A DNA stretch of 64,000 bases. Origin: an uncultured Rikenellaceae bacterium (GTDB taxonomy: Bacteria; Bacteroidota; Bacteroidia; Bacteroidales; VadinHA17). The DNA is taken from contig CAZEUL010000003.1 of the NCBI GenBank assembly GCA_964514725.1, positions 204,567-268,566 of the forward strand, in the 5' to 3' direction. Positions within the stretch are counted from its first letter, which is position 1. Each line of letters opens with the position of its first letter. The notes beneath the pieces are model-generated. The model made no database searches and was not told where the DNA came from. It was given only the letters and a program-made list of their open reading frames with translations. A program made the translations under genes and the position numbers. Shown here one piece after another: positions 17,965 to 28,297 of the stretch.

Positions 17965-19416
17965 TCAGAGTTTTCTGATCACATCGATAAGAAGGTTCCA
18001 GAACATCGGGACAGTTTTTATTTCCAGTTTCTCCTCGGGTGTATGAGCTCCCCTTATTGTAGGGCCAATGGAAATCATGTCTATACCTTTGAACTTTTCA
18101 AATATCAACCCGCATTCCAGACCAGCGTGAATTGCCTTTACTGCCGGTTCTCTTCCGAAAAGATCGTTATATGAGGCCTTTGTTATTCTCAGAATCTCTG
18201 AATTAAGACTTGGTGTCCATGCTGGATAACCATCTGAATGAATGACTTCAGCTCCTGCCAGTGACAAGCATGCCCCAACCATGCCTGCAACTTCATGTTT
18301 AGAAGCCTCTACCGAGCTTCTTTGAGTTGTAACTATTTTTATCAGATTATTTTCAAGAAAACTGATTGATGCAAGATTGGTTGAGGTCTCAACAAGATCA
18401 TCCATTTCCTTTGACCAGGCGATGACCCCATGCGGACAGCAATCCAATGATTTTAGGAGATTACTTTGTGTTCTCCTGTCAATTACAAAGTCAGGGGTTT
18501 TGACTTCTTTGATGGAAATATTAAGATTCCTTTCAATATCCTCAAATTCCTTGGTGAAAATATGCCTATACCTCTCAACCAGTTTTTTCACCTTTCCCGT
18601 CTGTGATCTGCTCACAGTAATTATGGCAAAGGCCTCCCTTGGTATTGCGTTCCGAAGGTTACCACCATTAAAGGCACAAAGAGAAATATCAAAACTGGCT
18701 GAAAGACTAAATAAGATCCTGGTCATAATTTTTATGGCATTCCCATATCCTTTATGAATTTCGTCACCGGAATGGCCTCCATGTAATCCGGTTACTGAAA
18801 TTTCAAGCCCTTGTTCTGAAACCGCGGCAGCATGGCTCTCATATTTCAGCAGACCCATAGTATCCATTCCTCCTGCACACCCTATATAAAGAATTCCTTC
18901 ATCTTCAGAATCAAGATTCAGTAATGTCCGTCCTTCGAAAAAGTCAGGTTTAAGATTTATTGCGCCTGTCATCCCTGATTCCTCATCGACAGTAAAAAGG
19001 CATTCAATTTTTCCAGCGTTCAGATTTTTATCTGTTAAAATGGCAAGTTGTGCAGCTATGCCGATTCCATCGTCAGCTCCGAGAGTTGTGCCCTTTGCCG
19101 ATACCCATTCGCCATCTAAGACCGGTATAATTGGATCTTTTGTCCAGTCGTGTCGATATTCTGCATTTTTTTCCCCAACCATGTCCATGTGGCTCTGAAG
19201 CACAACAGTTCTTTTATGTTCGCAACCTTTTGATGGTGGTTTTGTTATTAAAATATTTCCTGCCGGGTCTTGTTTTGATTCGAGCCGGTGTCTTGAAGCA
19301 AAATCAATCAGATAATTTCTTATTAATTCTTCATTTTTACTTAGCCGCGGGATTTTGCTAATCTCTTCAAAATAATACCAGACCGCTGCTGGTTTCAGCT
19401 GGGATAAAAGGCTCAT
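17965..19416 (-). CDS. pepD: aminoacyl-histidine dipeptidase (Xaa-His dipeptidase, M20 family)
   Basis: 483 aa. VWYYFEEISKIPRLSKNEE, SHMDMV and GADDGIG are PepD hallmarks. Confidence 0.88.
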   Translation of the reverse strand: MSLLSQLKPAAVWYYFEEISKIPRLSKNEELIRNYLIDFASRHRLESKQDPAGNILITKPPSKGCEHKRTVVLQSHMDMVGEKNAEYRHDWTKDPIIPVLDGEWVSAKGTTLGADDGIGIAAQLAILTDKNLNAGKIECLFTVDEESGMTGAINLKPDFFEGRTLLNLDSEDEGILYIGCAGGMDTMGLLKYESHAAAVSEQGLEISVTGLHGGHSGDEIHKGYGNAIKIMTRILFSLSASFDISLCAFNGGNLRNAIPREAFAIITVSRSQTGKVKKLVERYRHIFTKEFEDIERNLNISIKEVKTPDFVIDRRTQSNLLKSLDCCPHGVIAWSKEMDDLVETSTNLASISFLENNLIKIVTTQRSSVEASKHEVAGMVGACLSLAGAEVIHSDGYPAWTPSLNSEILRITKASYNDLFGREPAVKAIHAGLECGLIFEKFKGIDMISIGPTIRGAHTPEEKLEIKTVPMFWNLLIDVIRKL

Positions 19417-19549
19417 GCTAAAAAAATTATCAGATAGAATGCCTCAAAAGTAACTATTTTTTTTAAATGCATTTTTCTATCCTAAAAAACAATATTGAAA
19501 ATCATTCATTTTTTTACTTTTACATATTACTTTATTAAACAAACATGTT

Positions 19550-20755
19550 ATGAATGAGAAAAATAACCATAAAATACTCATTTTACCAGGTGATGGAATT
19601 GGAAAAACAGTTTTAAGAGAGGCTTTGCGGGTTCTTGATGCTGCAGGGTTTAAGGCAGAATATGTTTTTGGTGATATTGGTTGGGAATTTTGGTGCAGGG
19701 AGGGAAATCCCTTGCCACAACGCACAATCGATTTGTTGAGAGAATGTAGAATAGCACTGTTTGGCGCTATTACTTCCAAACCTAATGAAGAGGCAATTGC
19801 AGAACTTGATCCTTCACTTAAGGGAAAGGGATATATATATTCAAGTCCGATAGTAGGCCTCAGACAAAAATTTAACCTTGATATATGTGTGCGGCCATGC
19901 CGGTCCTATAAGGGCAATCCGCTCAATTTTGTGCGTAGGGGCAGGAATGATATTATTGAAGAACCATATATTGATGCCGTGATATTCAGGCAGAATACTG
20001 AATGTCTTTATTCGGGTGTTGAATGGACCAATCCCCCTGAACAGGTTTACCAGGCTTTTATGACACATAGCAAATTTGCTGAGAACTTTGGTAATGTACC
20101 ACGGGAGGAGCTTTCAATTTCAACCAGGATATTTACAAAAAAAGCTACTGAAAGAATTTTGACAGCAGCATTCGAGCATGCAAAAAGAAACGGATATCCT
20201 TCTGTTACAGTATGTGAGAAACCAAATGTAATAAGGGAAACGTCGGGACTGATGTGGAGATTGGCAAAGGAAATTCAAAAGAAATTCTATTCTGAAATTA
20301 AATTGCTCAACACAAATATTGATGCCCAGATGATGTGGCTGACAAAGAATCCTGAGGATTATGGTGTAATTGTGGCTGGTAATATGTTTGGTGATATTGT
20401 TTCTGATGCTTTTGCCGGACTTATTGGCGGGCTTGGATTTGCCTGCAGTGCACAGTTTTCATCTGATGGTATCGCTGTTTTTGAACCTACTCACGGGTCT
20501 GCACCAAAATATGCTGACTATGAGATTTCTATAGTTAATCCTATAGCCATGATAGAGGCAGCATGTATGATGCTTGATTATATTGGTGAAATGCAGATAG
20601 CTCAGAAAATCAGACAGGCTATAGCAGATGTAATAATAGCAGGTAAAGTCAGGACTTATGATATGTTGAAGATGCAGGGGCGTCAGGAGGTTATTCACGA
20701 TGGTGCTGCATCTACTACCCAAATGACCGATGCAATAATTTCAAAAATCAAATAG
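19550..20755 (+). CDS. isocitrate/isopropylmalate dehydrogenase-family oxidoreductase
   Basis: 401 aa. ILILPGDGIGKTV.., ..ALFGAITSKP and NMFGDIVSDAFAGLIGGLG are family motifs. The substrate cannot be called from sequence by eye. Confidence 0.8.
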   Translation: MNEKNNHKILILPGDGIGKTVLREALRVLDAAGFKAEYVFGDIGWEFWCREGNPLPQRTIDLLRECRIALFGAITSKPNEEAIAELDPSLKGKGYIYSSPIVGLRQKFNLDICVRPCRSYKGNPLNFVRRGRNDIIEEPYIDAVIFRQNTECLYSGVEWTNPPEQVYQAFMTHSKFAENFGNVPREELSISTRIFTKKATERILTAAFEHAKRNGYPSVTVCEKPNVIRETSGLMWRLAKEIQKKFYSEIKLLNTNIDAQMMWLTKNPEDYGVIVAGNMFGDIVSDAFAGLIGGLGFACSAQFSSDGIAVFEPTHGSAPKYADYEISIVNPIAMIEAACMMLDYIGEMQIAQKIRQAIADVIIAGKVRTYDMLKMQGRQEVIHDGAASTTQMTDAIISKIK

Positions 20756-20771
20756 ATAAAATATCCGGGAA

Positions 20772-21323
20772 ATGAATGACAATATTAAAAGGTTATGGCC
20801 AGAACTTGATTGGATAACAGATGAATCACTGCGGGAAAAGACTGCAAAAACATGGGAAATTGCGCTTGAACGAAGTGTACTCAAAGCTGAAGATTTGTAT
20901 AAGATACCATTTACTCTTTTATGCGGACCAGACCTAAAAGTCAGCTTTATGGACCATAAGAGATGTGTTGTCCATCTTGCCAGAGCTTGCGGAGAGAAAA
21001 TGAATGAATTTTTGGGAAATGAATTACCAGTTAACATGGATGTACTAATAGCAGGAGCAATTCTTGCAGATGTTGGCAAATTACTTGAATATGAACTTGA
21101 TGAAAATGGAAAATCAGTTCAGGGTAAATATGGAAAGTATCTAAGGCACCCTTTTTCAGGGGTATCACTTGCCGAGGAGTGCGGTGTGCCTTCTGAAGTG
21201 TGCCATATCATTGCAGCTCATGCTCATGAAGGAGACCTTGTAGAAAGGACAACGGAGGCATATGTGGTACATCATGCTGATTTTATGACTTTCCTTCCTT
21301 TTAAAAGCAGGCTGACGGTTTAA
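20772..21323 (+). CDS. HD-domain-like protein (putative metal-dependent phosphohydrolase)
   Basis: 183 aa. H..HLARA, a GAILADVGK segment at the usual HD(I)GK position with A in place of H, and HHADF. Family-level guess. Confidence 0.5.
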   Translation: MNDNIKRLWPELDWITDESLREKTAKTWEIALERSVLKAEDLYKIPFTLLCGPDLKVSFMDHKRCVVHLARACGEKMNEFLGNELPVNMDVLIAGAILADVGKLLEYELDENGKSVQGKYGKYLRHPFSGVSLAEECGVPSEVCHIIAAHAHEGDLVERTTEAYVVHHADFMTFLPFKSRLTV

Positions 21324-21334
21324 AACTATGAGTA

Positions 21335-23248
21335 TTATCCAAGCTTCATTTTCTCAACCTCCTCGATATTCCTTTCATTTGCAATGTCCTTGGCATCAGG
21401 AGTATAAAGATAATCAATAAGTTCCTGGTAACGGTCCATGATTTTTCCTCTGACTATCTTCATCGTTGAATTCATAAGCCCGTTTTCTTCAGTGAATCCT
21501 TCTTCAAGTATTGCCAATGCAACAGGAAGCCATCGCTGCGGAAACATATGACCATACTTGCCATTAGTTCTGTATTCATTAATTTCGTCTTCAATAAGCG
21601 TCAGGACGGCTTTTTTGCCCTCATCTGAATCAGCTGTCAGATCTCTTTCTTCAAGATAGAGCTTGAGCGCATGCTGGTTTGGAACAATAAGCGCCACAGT
21701 ATAAGGTTTCTGATTATTATAGAGCATGCATTGATCAATATATTTTGACTGTTCAGTAATTGCCTCTTCAATACTCTCCGGACTGTATTTTTCACCATCA
21801 TCAGCAATAAGAAGACTTTTAAATCTTCCCAGTACATATAGATAACCTTCTTTTGTCATATATCCCATATCTCCAGTATATAACCAACCATCTTTTATCG
21901 CTTCTTTTGTTGCTGATTCATTTTTCCAGTAACCGTGCATTACATTACCGCCCCGGATAACAATTTCTCCTTTCTCACCTAAAGGAAGTTCTTTTCCTTG
22001 ATCATCACATATTTTAAGATCCATATTGTTGACCAGTACACCTGAGGATCCAAGCCTGTGCCTTGCAGTGGAATTTGAAGAAATGACTGGAGAAGCTTCG
22101 GTCAACCCATAACCCTGATACATTGGGATGCCCAAAGCATAAAAAAATCTTTGCAGTTCTATATCTAGGAGAGCTCCACCACCTATGAAATAGTCAAGTT
22201 CCCCTCCGAAACTCTGACGTATTTTGCTGAATAATAATTTATCATAAAGGTTTATCAAAGGCTTTTTCAGTTTTTGTAATCCTTTCCCCTTGTTCCATCC
22301 TTCTTTATTATAGGAGTAAGAAATTTTTAATGCATGGTTAAAGAGGATTTCAGTCAGTTTCCCTTTTTCCTTTATCCCTTTTTCGATATTCTTTCTGAAA
22401 TTTTTAGCTATAGCAGGAACACTCATCAGTAGATTGGGTTTAATCTCCCTTAGGCACGTAGGCAGATTTCTTAGAGTCTCCAACGGAGTCTTCCCTGTTT
22501 TAACCGAAGCTATACTGGCTCCTTTTCCCATGAAAGCATATATGCCGCATGTATGCCCGAACGAATGATCCCATGGTAATATTAATAAAGTCTTATAGAA
22601 AGAAGGTATGTCCATCAGACTGTACGACTGATATACGTTTGTTACATAATTGCCATGTGTCAGAACAATACCTTTAGGATCCGCTGTTGTCCCTGAAGTG
22701 TAGCAGATATTTGCAAAATCGGAAGGTTTGATACTTTTTTTCGTCTCTTCAAAAAAAGCTTTGTTTGCAGGATTTTCAAGCCATTCCCTCCCTGTTTTAC
22801 GCACTTCATTAAAATGGATCTCATTAGCTGCATATTCCTCCTGGGTGTCAAAATGAATAAGTTTTGTAATTGTTGGACAGTCAGATAACACCTGTTTAAC
22901 CTTTACTGCCTGTATAGAAGAGGTAAGAATCATTTTAGCCTCTGAGTGGTTAATGCGGAATTTTATTTCTTCTGGTGTAAGCTTTACTGATAGTGGAACA
23001 TTAACAGCACCAGTAAAGAGAATTCCAAGTTCGCCAATAACCCAGCTGTTACGTCCCTCAGATATGAGACATAATCTGTCTCCTTTTTTTATACCTAATT
23101 TCAACAAGCCTGCTGCAAATTCATAAACCTGCCTTCTGGTTTCATTGTAAGTAGTACCTTCATATTTATCCTGAGGTTTTTCCCACAGGTATACATTGTT
23201 ACCAAATTTGTCAACACTTTCTTCAAAAAACTGAACAATTGATTTCAT
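21335..23248 (-). CDS. long-chain fatty acid--CoA ligase (AMP-forming)
   Basis: 637 aa with AMP-binding motif YTSGTTADPKGIVLTHGNY and GYGLTE. Confidence 0.85.
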   Translation of the reverse strand: MKSIVQFFEESVDKFGNNVYLWEKPQDKYEGTTYNETRRQVYEFAAGLLKLGIKKGDRLCLISEGRNSWVIGELGILFTGAVNVPLSVKLTPEEIKFRINHSEAKMILTSSIQAVKVKQVLSDCPTITKLIHFDTQEEYAANEIHFNEVRKTGREWLENPANKAFFEETKKSIKPSDFANICYTSGTTADPKGIVLTHGNYVTNVYQSYSLMDIPSFYKTLLILPWDHSFGHTCGIYAFMGKGASIASVKTGKTPLETLRNLPTCLREIKPNLLMSVPAIAKNFRKNIEKGIKEKGKLTEILFNHALKISYSYNKEGWNKGKGLQKLKKPLINLYDKLLFSKIRQSFGGELDYFIGGGALLDIELQRFFYALGIPMYQGYGLTEASPVISSNSTARHRLGSSGVLVNNMDLKICDDQGKELPLGEKGEIVIRGGNVMHGYWKNESATKEAIKDGWLYTGDMGYMTKEGYLYVLGRFKSLLIADDGEKYSPESIEEAITEQSKYIDQCMLYNNQKPYTVALIVPNQHALKLYLEERDLTADSDEGKKAVLTLIEDEINEYRTNGKYGHMFPQRWLPVALAILEEGFTEENGLMNSTMKIVRGKIMDRYQELIDYLYTPDAKDIANERNIEEVEKMKLG

Positions 23249-23284
23249 CAGGTAGCTAGATTAAGTTTTTAATTGAAATACTGG

Positions 23285-24547
23285 TCATCTGAAAATAGTT
23301 TCATTTCTGTCGGGACCTACCGACACCATAGTAACTGGTATGCCAGTTTGTTCCTCTATGTAATTTATGTAATTTTTTAAAGCCCCGGGCAACTTACTAT
23401 ATTCTCTTATTGAAGATATATCTTCCTTCCAGCCTTTTAATTCTACATAAACAGGTTCAATTTTTATGTTGTTATCAAATGGAATCCCGGTGAGTTCTTT
23501 GTTATTTATAATATATGATTTGCATACTCTTATCGTGTCAAATCCGGAAAGCACATCAGGTTTAGTCATGAAGAGCTCTGTTACACCATTTATCATTATG
23601 GCATATTTTAGTGCAGGCAGATCAAGCCATCCACATCTTCTTGGTCTTCCGGTAGTTGCTCCGAATTCACAACCTTTTGTTCTTAGAATTTCACCGGTCG
23701 AGTCAAAAAGTTCAGTCGGGAAAGGTCCGCTTCCGACTCTTGTGCAATATGCCTTGAAAATTCCATAAACCTTTCCGGTAAGTCTGGGAGAGATACCAAG
23801 ACCGGTAAAAGCTCCGGCACTTATTGTATTTGAAGATGTTACGTACGGATATGACCCGAAATCAAGATCCAGCATAGTTCCCTGGGCACCCTCAGCTAGG
23901 ATCTTTTTACCCATATTGGCAAGATCATTTACCAGATATTCTGTACTTTCTATCCTGAACGCTTTTAATAGGGCTATACCTTCAAACCATCCTGATTCAA
24001 ATGATTTTAAGTCAAAGTTAAAGTCATAATTTCTTAAAATTTCAAGATGACCGGTTATATGTTCATTGTACAATTGCATAAAGTTATTGCTTAGGATATC
24101 ACCAACCCTGAGTCCGTTACGACTGGCCTTATCCGTATAAGCAGGACCTATTCCTTTAAGGGTCGATCCAATCTTAAGGCAACCCTTACGGTTCTCATAA
24201 GCAGCGTCGAGTATTCTGTGTGTTGGCAATATCAAATTAGCTCTTGTGGAAATAACAAGACGTTTTTTTAAGTCTTCAAGAGGAATACCTATGTGTTCTA
24301 TTTCCTGTTTAAAAACAGCAGGATCTAAAACTACTCCATTTCCAATAATATTAAGCTTTTCAGGGTGGAATATTCCTGAAGGTATCAGGTGAAGAACATA
24401 CTTAACATTATTTATTTCAAGGGAATGCCCTGCATTTGGGCCACCCTGAAACCGTGCAATCACATCATAAGCTGGACTAATGGCATCTACGATTTTCCCC
24501 TTCCCTTCATCACCCCACTGAAGGCCTAATAAAATGTCCATATTCAT
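23285..24547 (-). CDS. purA: adenylosuccinate synthase
   Basis: MNMDILLGLQWGDEGKGKIVD. The start was trimmed from 24604 to the ATG at 24547 to match the canonical PurA N-terminus. Confidence 0.95.
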   Translation of the reverse strand: MNMDILLGLQWGDEGKGKIVDAISPAYDVIARFQGGPNAGHSLEINNVKYVLHLIPSGIFHPEKLNIIGNGVVLDPAVFKQEIEHIGIPLEDLKKRLVISTRANLILPTHRILDAAYENRKGCLKIGSTLKGIGPAYTDKASRNGLRVGDILSNNFMQLYNEHITGHLEILRNYDFNFDLKSFESGWFEGIALLKAFRIESTEYLVNDLANMGKKILAEGAQGTMLDLDFGSYPYVTSSNTISAGAFTGLGISPRLTGKVYGIFKAYCTRVGSGPFPTELFDSTGEILRTKGCEFGATTGRPRRCGWLDLPALKYAIMINGVTELFMTKPDVLSGFDTIRVCKSYIINNKELTGIPFDNNIKIEPVYVELKGWKEDISSIREYSKLPGALKNYINYIEEQTGIPVTMVSVGPDRNETIFR

Positions 24548-24738
24548 GTTATAATCAATGACAGATTTTAAAAAAACAAATTCGAAGGTACAAAATATTT
24601 CCACCCAATAACACGTTGATTATATTATTGTTGATAAAAGTAAAATGTTGTTGGAAATTACTTATAAAGTTCATGCTTAATTTGTTGATCTTTAATAATT
24701 TTATAAAAAGCTTTTTGTTTTAACAAATTTCATCAGCT

Positions 24739-25392
24739 ATGAAAAATCTGAAATTCTTATTAATAGCAGTTTTGATCATGTTTATTTCTGATCATTCGGT
24801 ATTTGCCCAGAAAACAGAATCTGAGAAAGACTTCAGGTTTACTGTAAAAACAAATCCATTATCCGCACTAGGTGGGCCATTCTGGATCGTTATAGTTCCC
24901 ATTACTGGTGAATATAAGGCACTTTTTGAAGCTCGAGTGTCAAACAAATCATCATTTCAAATAGGTGCAGGCTACTTAGGCCCAAGTGTTCTCCTAAATC
25001 TTGATGAGTTAACAAAGGATGAAAGTGAGGGAGAAGTCAGTGGTATTAAAACAAACGGCTTCAGAGTTCAGGCAATGTACAAGATTTTTCTGAGCCGCGA
25101 TCTGAAAGCACCAGAGGGCTTTTATGTGGGCCCGCATGCTTCCTTTGCCAATGCAAAAATCAAAGACAAAGTAAATGAAGTTAACAATATCAACGCCACC
25201 AAATTGAATCTTAACGGGGTATTCGGATATCAGTTGATAACTTCAGGTGGTTTTACACTTGACATTTTTACAGGTATTGGCTTTATTTCAAGAAAATGGG
25301 AAATATCCGGAACCGATTGGGATAACGAATCATTAAAAGACAAGGCAAGCATTAATGTACCTTTCGGATTTTCATTTGGTTATGCCTTTTGA
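24739..25392 (+). CDS. small putative outer-membrane beta-barrel protein
   Basis: 217 aa with signal peptide ..HSVFA|QK, alternating hydrophobic strands and a C-terminal GFSFGYAF. Confidence 0.55.
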   Translation: MKNLKFLLIAVLIMFISDHSVFAQKTESEKDFRFTVKTNPLSALGGPFWIVIVPITGEYKALFEARVSNKSSFQIGAGYLGPSVLLNLDELTKDESEGEVSGIKTNGFRVQAMYKIFLSRDLKAPEGFYVGPHASFANAKIKDKVNEVNNINATKLNLNGVFGYQLITSGGFTLDIFTGIGFISRKWEISGTDWDNESLKDKASINVPFGFSFGYAF

Positions 25393-25453
25393 TCAGGAAT
25401 GACTATATCTTATTAAAAGACTGATGATAGAAGAGGAACTCTATTCTAAAATA

Positions 25454-25900
25454 TTATTTTTCTCTTTTTCTGAGGGATCCATAAATATAAAGTGAGTGAT
25501 AGGCAGGTTCAAAATTATGCAATAAACTTGCCGTTTTAATGATTTCCTGAATTCTCGGATCGCAGAACTCAATGACCTTTCCTGTTTCCAGATCAATAAG
25601 ATGGTCATGCTGACTGCATTGGTGAGCCTTTTCAAACTGTGCAATATTTTTACCAAATTGATGTTTTATTACGAGGTTGCAGTCAATTAACAATTCTATT
25701 GTATTATATAAGGTTGCACGGCTTACCCGGTAATTTTTATTTTTCATGAAAATGTAAAGGGATTCGATGTCAAAATGACCATTTCTTGAGTATATTTCAT
25801 CAAGAATAGCATACCTTTCAGGTGTCTTTCTATGCCCTTTTCTTTCAAGATACTCTGTAAAAATCTGTTTTACTGTTGATTTTATCTCATCTCTTGCCAT
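25454..25900 (-). CDS. Fur-family transcriptional regulator
   Basis: 148 aa. [37 protein letters not shown] is a winged-helix Fur-like domain. A C-terminal HxH/Cys region is present. Confidence 0.8.
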   Translation of the reverse strand: MARDEIKSTVKQIFTEYLERKGHRKTPERYAILDEIYSRNGHFDIESLYIFMKNKNYRVSRATLYNTIELLIDCNLVIKHQFGKNIAQFEKAHQCSQHDHLIDLETGKVIEFCDPRIQEIIKTASLLHNFEPAYHSLYIYGSLRKREK

Positions 25901-25963
25901 AAACCGGCTGATTTTACAGTTTTTAAACGTTAATTTTAATTTTATTTAATGTAAACCAACAAT

Positions 25964-28210
25964 CTATTCGGAGAAATCTTCCACTCTTTTGATATTCTCA
26001 ATACCCCGAACATTGGATATTTTAAGTATTAGGTTATTGATATCTTGAGTATTATGTACATATAGGTCAATAGTTCCTTCAAATATCCCGTCTTTGACAC
26101 TGATATTTATATTTGTCATATTTACTTTTAGTTCAGAAGAAATGATATTTGTAATATCATTTACGAGACCTATTCTGTCAACTCCTGTCATGCTTATTCG
26201 TGCAAGGAATGAAACAAGCTTATGAATAGCCCATTTCACGGCAATAATACGATTGCCTTCATTTGCCATTATCCTGATTGCAATAGGACATTTCGGTTTA
26301 TGGATGATTATTGCCCCTTCAGGGGAGCGATACCCTATTACCTCATCTCCTGGTATCGGATTGCAACATTTGGCTATTTCGTATGACTGTTTTGAATCCT
26401 CAATATTTTCTCTGAGAAGGAAAGGAGCTTCATTATCTGAATTTACAGGTTGATTATCTTCTTCTTTCTTACCTTTCATTGATCCAAGAAGCTTTAATTC
26501 CCAATATTTAATAACGTTTTTAGCTGGGCTCTTCCTTATTATTTTCTTTAAATTATCCAGTTTTATTGTTCCAAGTTCAATTCCTGAATAGAGTTCATCT
26601 TTATTTAGAACATCATAACTCAGCATAAGTTTTCTAATAATTTCTGAATTAGGAACTACTCCAAGTTCTCCAAGTTTTGCCTCCAGTATTTCCATACCTT
26701 TCTGGATCCTGTTGGTTGTTTCTGTACGAAGTTGGTTTTTAATTGCTTCCTTGGCTTTTGTTGTTCGTACAAAGGATAACCATTCTTTCTCTGGTTTGGC
26801 AATATCTGATGTAATTATTTCAACCTGATCACCGCTCATCAATATTGCACTTATCGGATTTAGTTTATAATTTATTTTGGCTCCAATTGCCTTATTGCCT
26901 ATTTCAGTATGGATTTCATAGGCAAAATCGAGAGCTGAAGCTCCTTTTGGAAGGCTGACAAGAGCGCCTTTCGGAGTAAAAACCATTATTTCAGATGAAA
27001 ACAGATTCATCTTGAATTCGTCCAGAAATTCAATAGGATCTTCAAGCGGATTTTCAAGCATTCCCCTGATCTTCCTTATCCATTTATCAAGTTCAGTTTC
27101 AGGTGTATTGTCACCCTTATATTTATAATGTGCAGCATATCCCCGTTCAGCAATTTCATCCATCCTTCTGCTTCTTATCTGCACCTCGACCCATTTACCT
27201 TCCGGTCCCATAACTGTAACATGAAGAGCTTCATAACCATTTGGTTTTGGGCGGCTTATCCAGTCGCGCAATCTGTCAGGTTTTGGCAGATAAGTGTCTG
27301 TTATCGCCGAATAAATATTCCAGCAAGTGGTCCTTTCAGGAATTCCCGGTATAGGTTCAAAAACAATCCTGACAGCCAGAATATCATATATTTCCTCGAA
27401 GGGTACATTTTTCGCCTGCATTTTCTTCCAGATCGAAAAAATCGATTTAGGGCGACCACTTATATCAAATTTAAGACCTGATTCGGTCAGTTTTTCGATG
27501 ATAGGCAGACTAAATTTATTGATCAGTGCTACATGTTTCTTTTCACCAAGTTTTAGTTTTGATGATATTTCTTCGTATATCTGAGGCTGACGGAATTTAA
27601 AGCTTAGATCTTCAAGCTCGCTTTTAATTGCATACAATCCGAGCCTGTTGGCCAATGGAGCATAAAGAAAAATGGTTTCTCCGGCAATCTTCATTTTCTT
27701 ATTCTCAGGCATAGATTCAAGTGTCCTCATGTTATGAAGCCGATCTGCAATCTTTATAAGTATCACTCTGAGATCATCAGATAATGTCATTAACATCTTC
27801 CTGAAATTCTCTGCCTGCATTGAGGATGATGTTCCTTTGTTGTAAGTTCCTGAGATTTTAGTAAGTCCATCAATGAGAGAAGCAATTTTTTCACCAAATT
27901 CTTTTTTTACATCCTCAATAGAGTATTCTGTATCCTCAACTACATCGTGCAACAATGCTGTGGCAATTGAGGTTGCTCCTAAACCGATTTCCTGATTTAC
28001 AATTTTGGCTACTGACAGTGGATGCAAAATATAAGGTTCCCCTGACTTTCTCCTCATATTCCAATGAGCCTTATTTGCAACATTGAATGCCTTCTCTATC
28101 AACTCCCTGTCATCAGGTTTGTTGCATTTTACAAGATTGTTTATAAGGGAATCATATTCGGACTGAATATGTCTTATATCTTCATCATCAAAAATATCCT
28201 TATTCCCCAT
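25964..28210 (-). CDS. spoT: bifunctional (p)ppGpp synthetase/hydrolase (RelA/SpoT homologue)
   Basis: 748 aa. It has an HD domain (YILHPLSVA..LHDVVEDT), a synthetase domain (ADRLHNMRT..YEALHVTV), then TGS and ACT-like regions. Confidence 0.93.
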   Translation of the reverse strand: MGNKDIFDDEDIRHIQSEYDSLINNLVKCNKPDDRELIEKAFNVANKAHWNMRRKSGEPYILHPLSVAKIVNQEIGLGATSIATALLHDVVEDTEYSIEDVKKEFGEKIASLIDGLTKISGTYNKGTSSSMQAENFRKMLMTLSDDLRVILIKIADRLHNMRTLESMPENKKMKIAGETIFLYAPLANRLGLYAIKSELEDLSFKFRQPQIYEEISSKLKLGEKKHVALINKFSLPIIEKLTESGLKFDISGRPKSIFSIWKKMQAKNVPFEEIYDILAVRIVFEPIPGIPERTTCWNIYSAITDTYLPKPDRLRDWISRPKPNGYEALHVTVMGPEGKWVEVQIRSRRMDEIAERGYAAHYKYKGDNTPETELDKWIRKIRGMLENPLEDPIEFLDEFKMNLFSSEIMVFTPKGALVSLPKGASALDFAYEIHTEIGNKAIGAKINYKLNPISAILMSGDQVEIITSDIAKPEKEWLSFVRTTKAKEAIKNQLRTETTNRIQKGMEILEAKLGELGVVPNSEIIRKLMLSYDVLNKDELYSGIELGTIKLDNLKKIIRKSPAKNVIKYWELKLLGSMKGKKEEDNQPVNSDNEAPFLLRENIEDSKQSYEIAKCCNPIPGDEVIGYRSPEGAIIIHKPKCPIAIRIMANEGNRIIAVKWAIHKLVSFLARISMTGVDRIGLVNDITNIISSELKVNMTNINISVKDGIFEGTIDLYVHNTQDINNLILKISNVRGIENIKRVEDFSE

Positions 28211-28297
28211 AAAGATTCTCTCGGTTCTTTTATGACTAATGCAAAGATAACTTTTTAAATGAAACCGGAAATCGTGAACAGTTCAGGCCTGATGAAA

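Noticed and set aside
23285-24604. N-terminal extensions in the ORF track: purA from 24604, larC from 11704, serpin from 46037 (TTG), rnfE from 48061, rnfB from 51848 (TTG), PPIase from 62871 (TTG), DUF2795 from 56815 (TTG).
   Set aside because: The extended residues precede canonical family N-termini or signal peptides, and several use TTG codons. Downstream ATGs give conventional proteins and tidy operon junctions.
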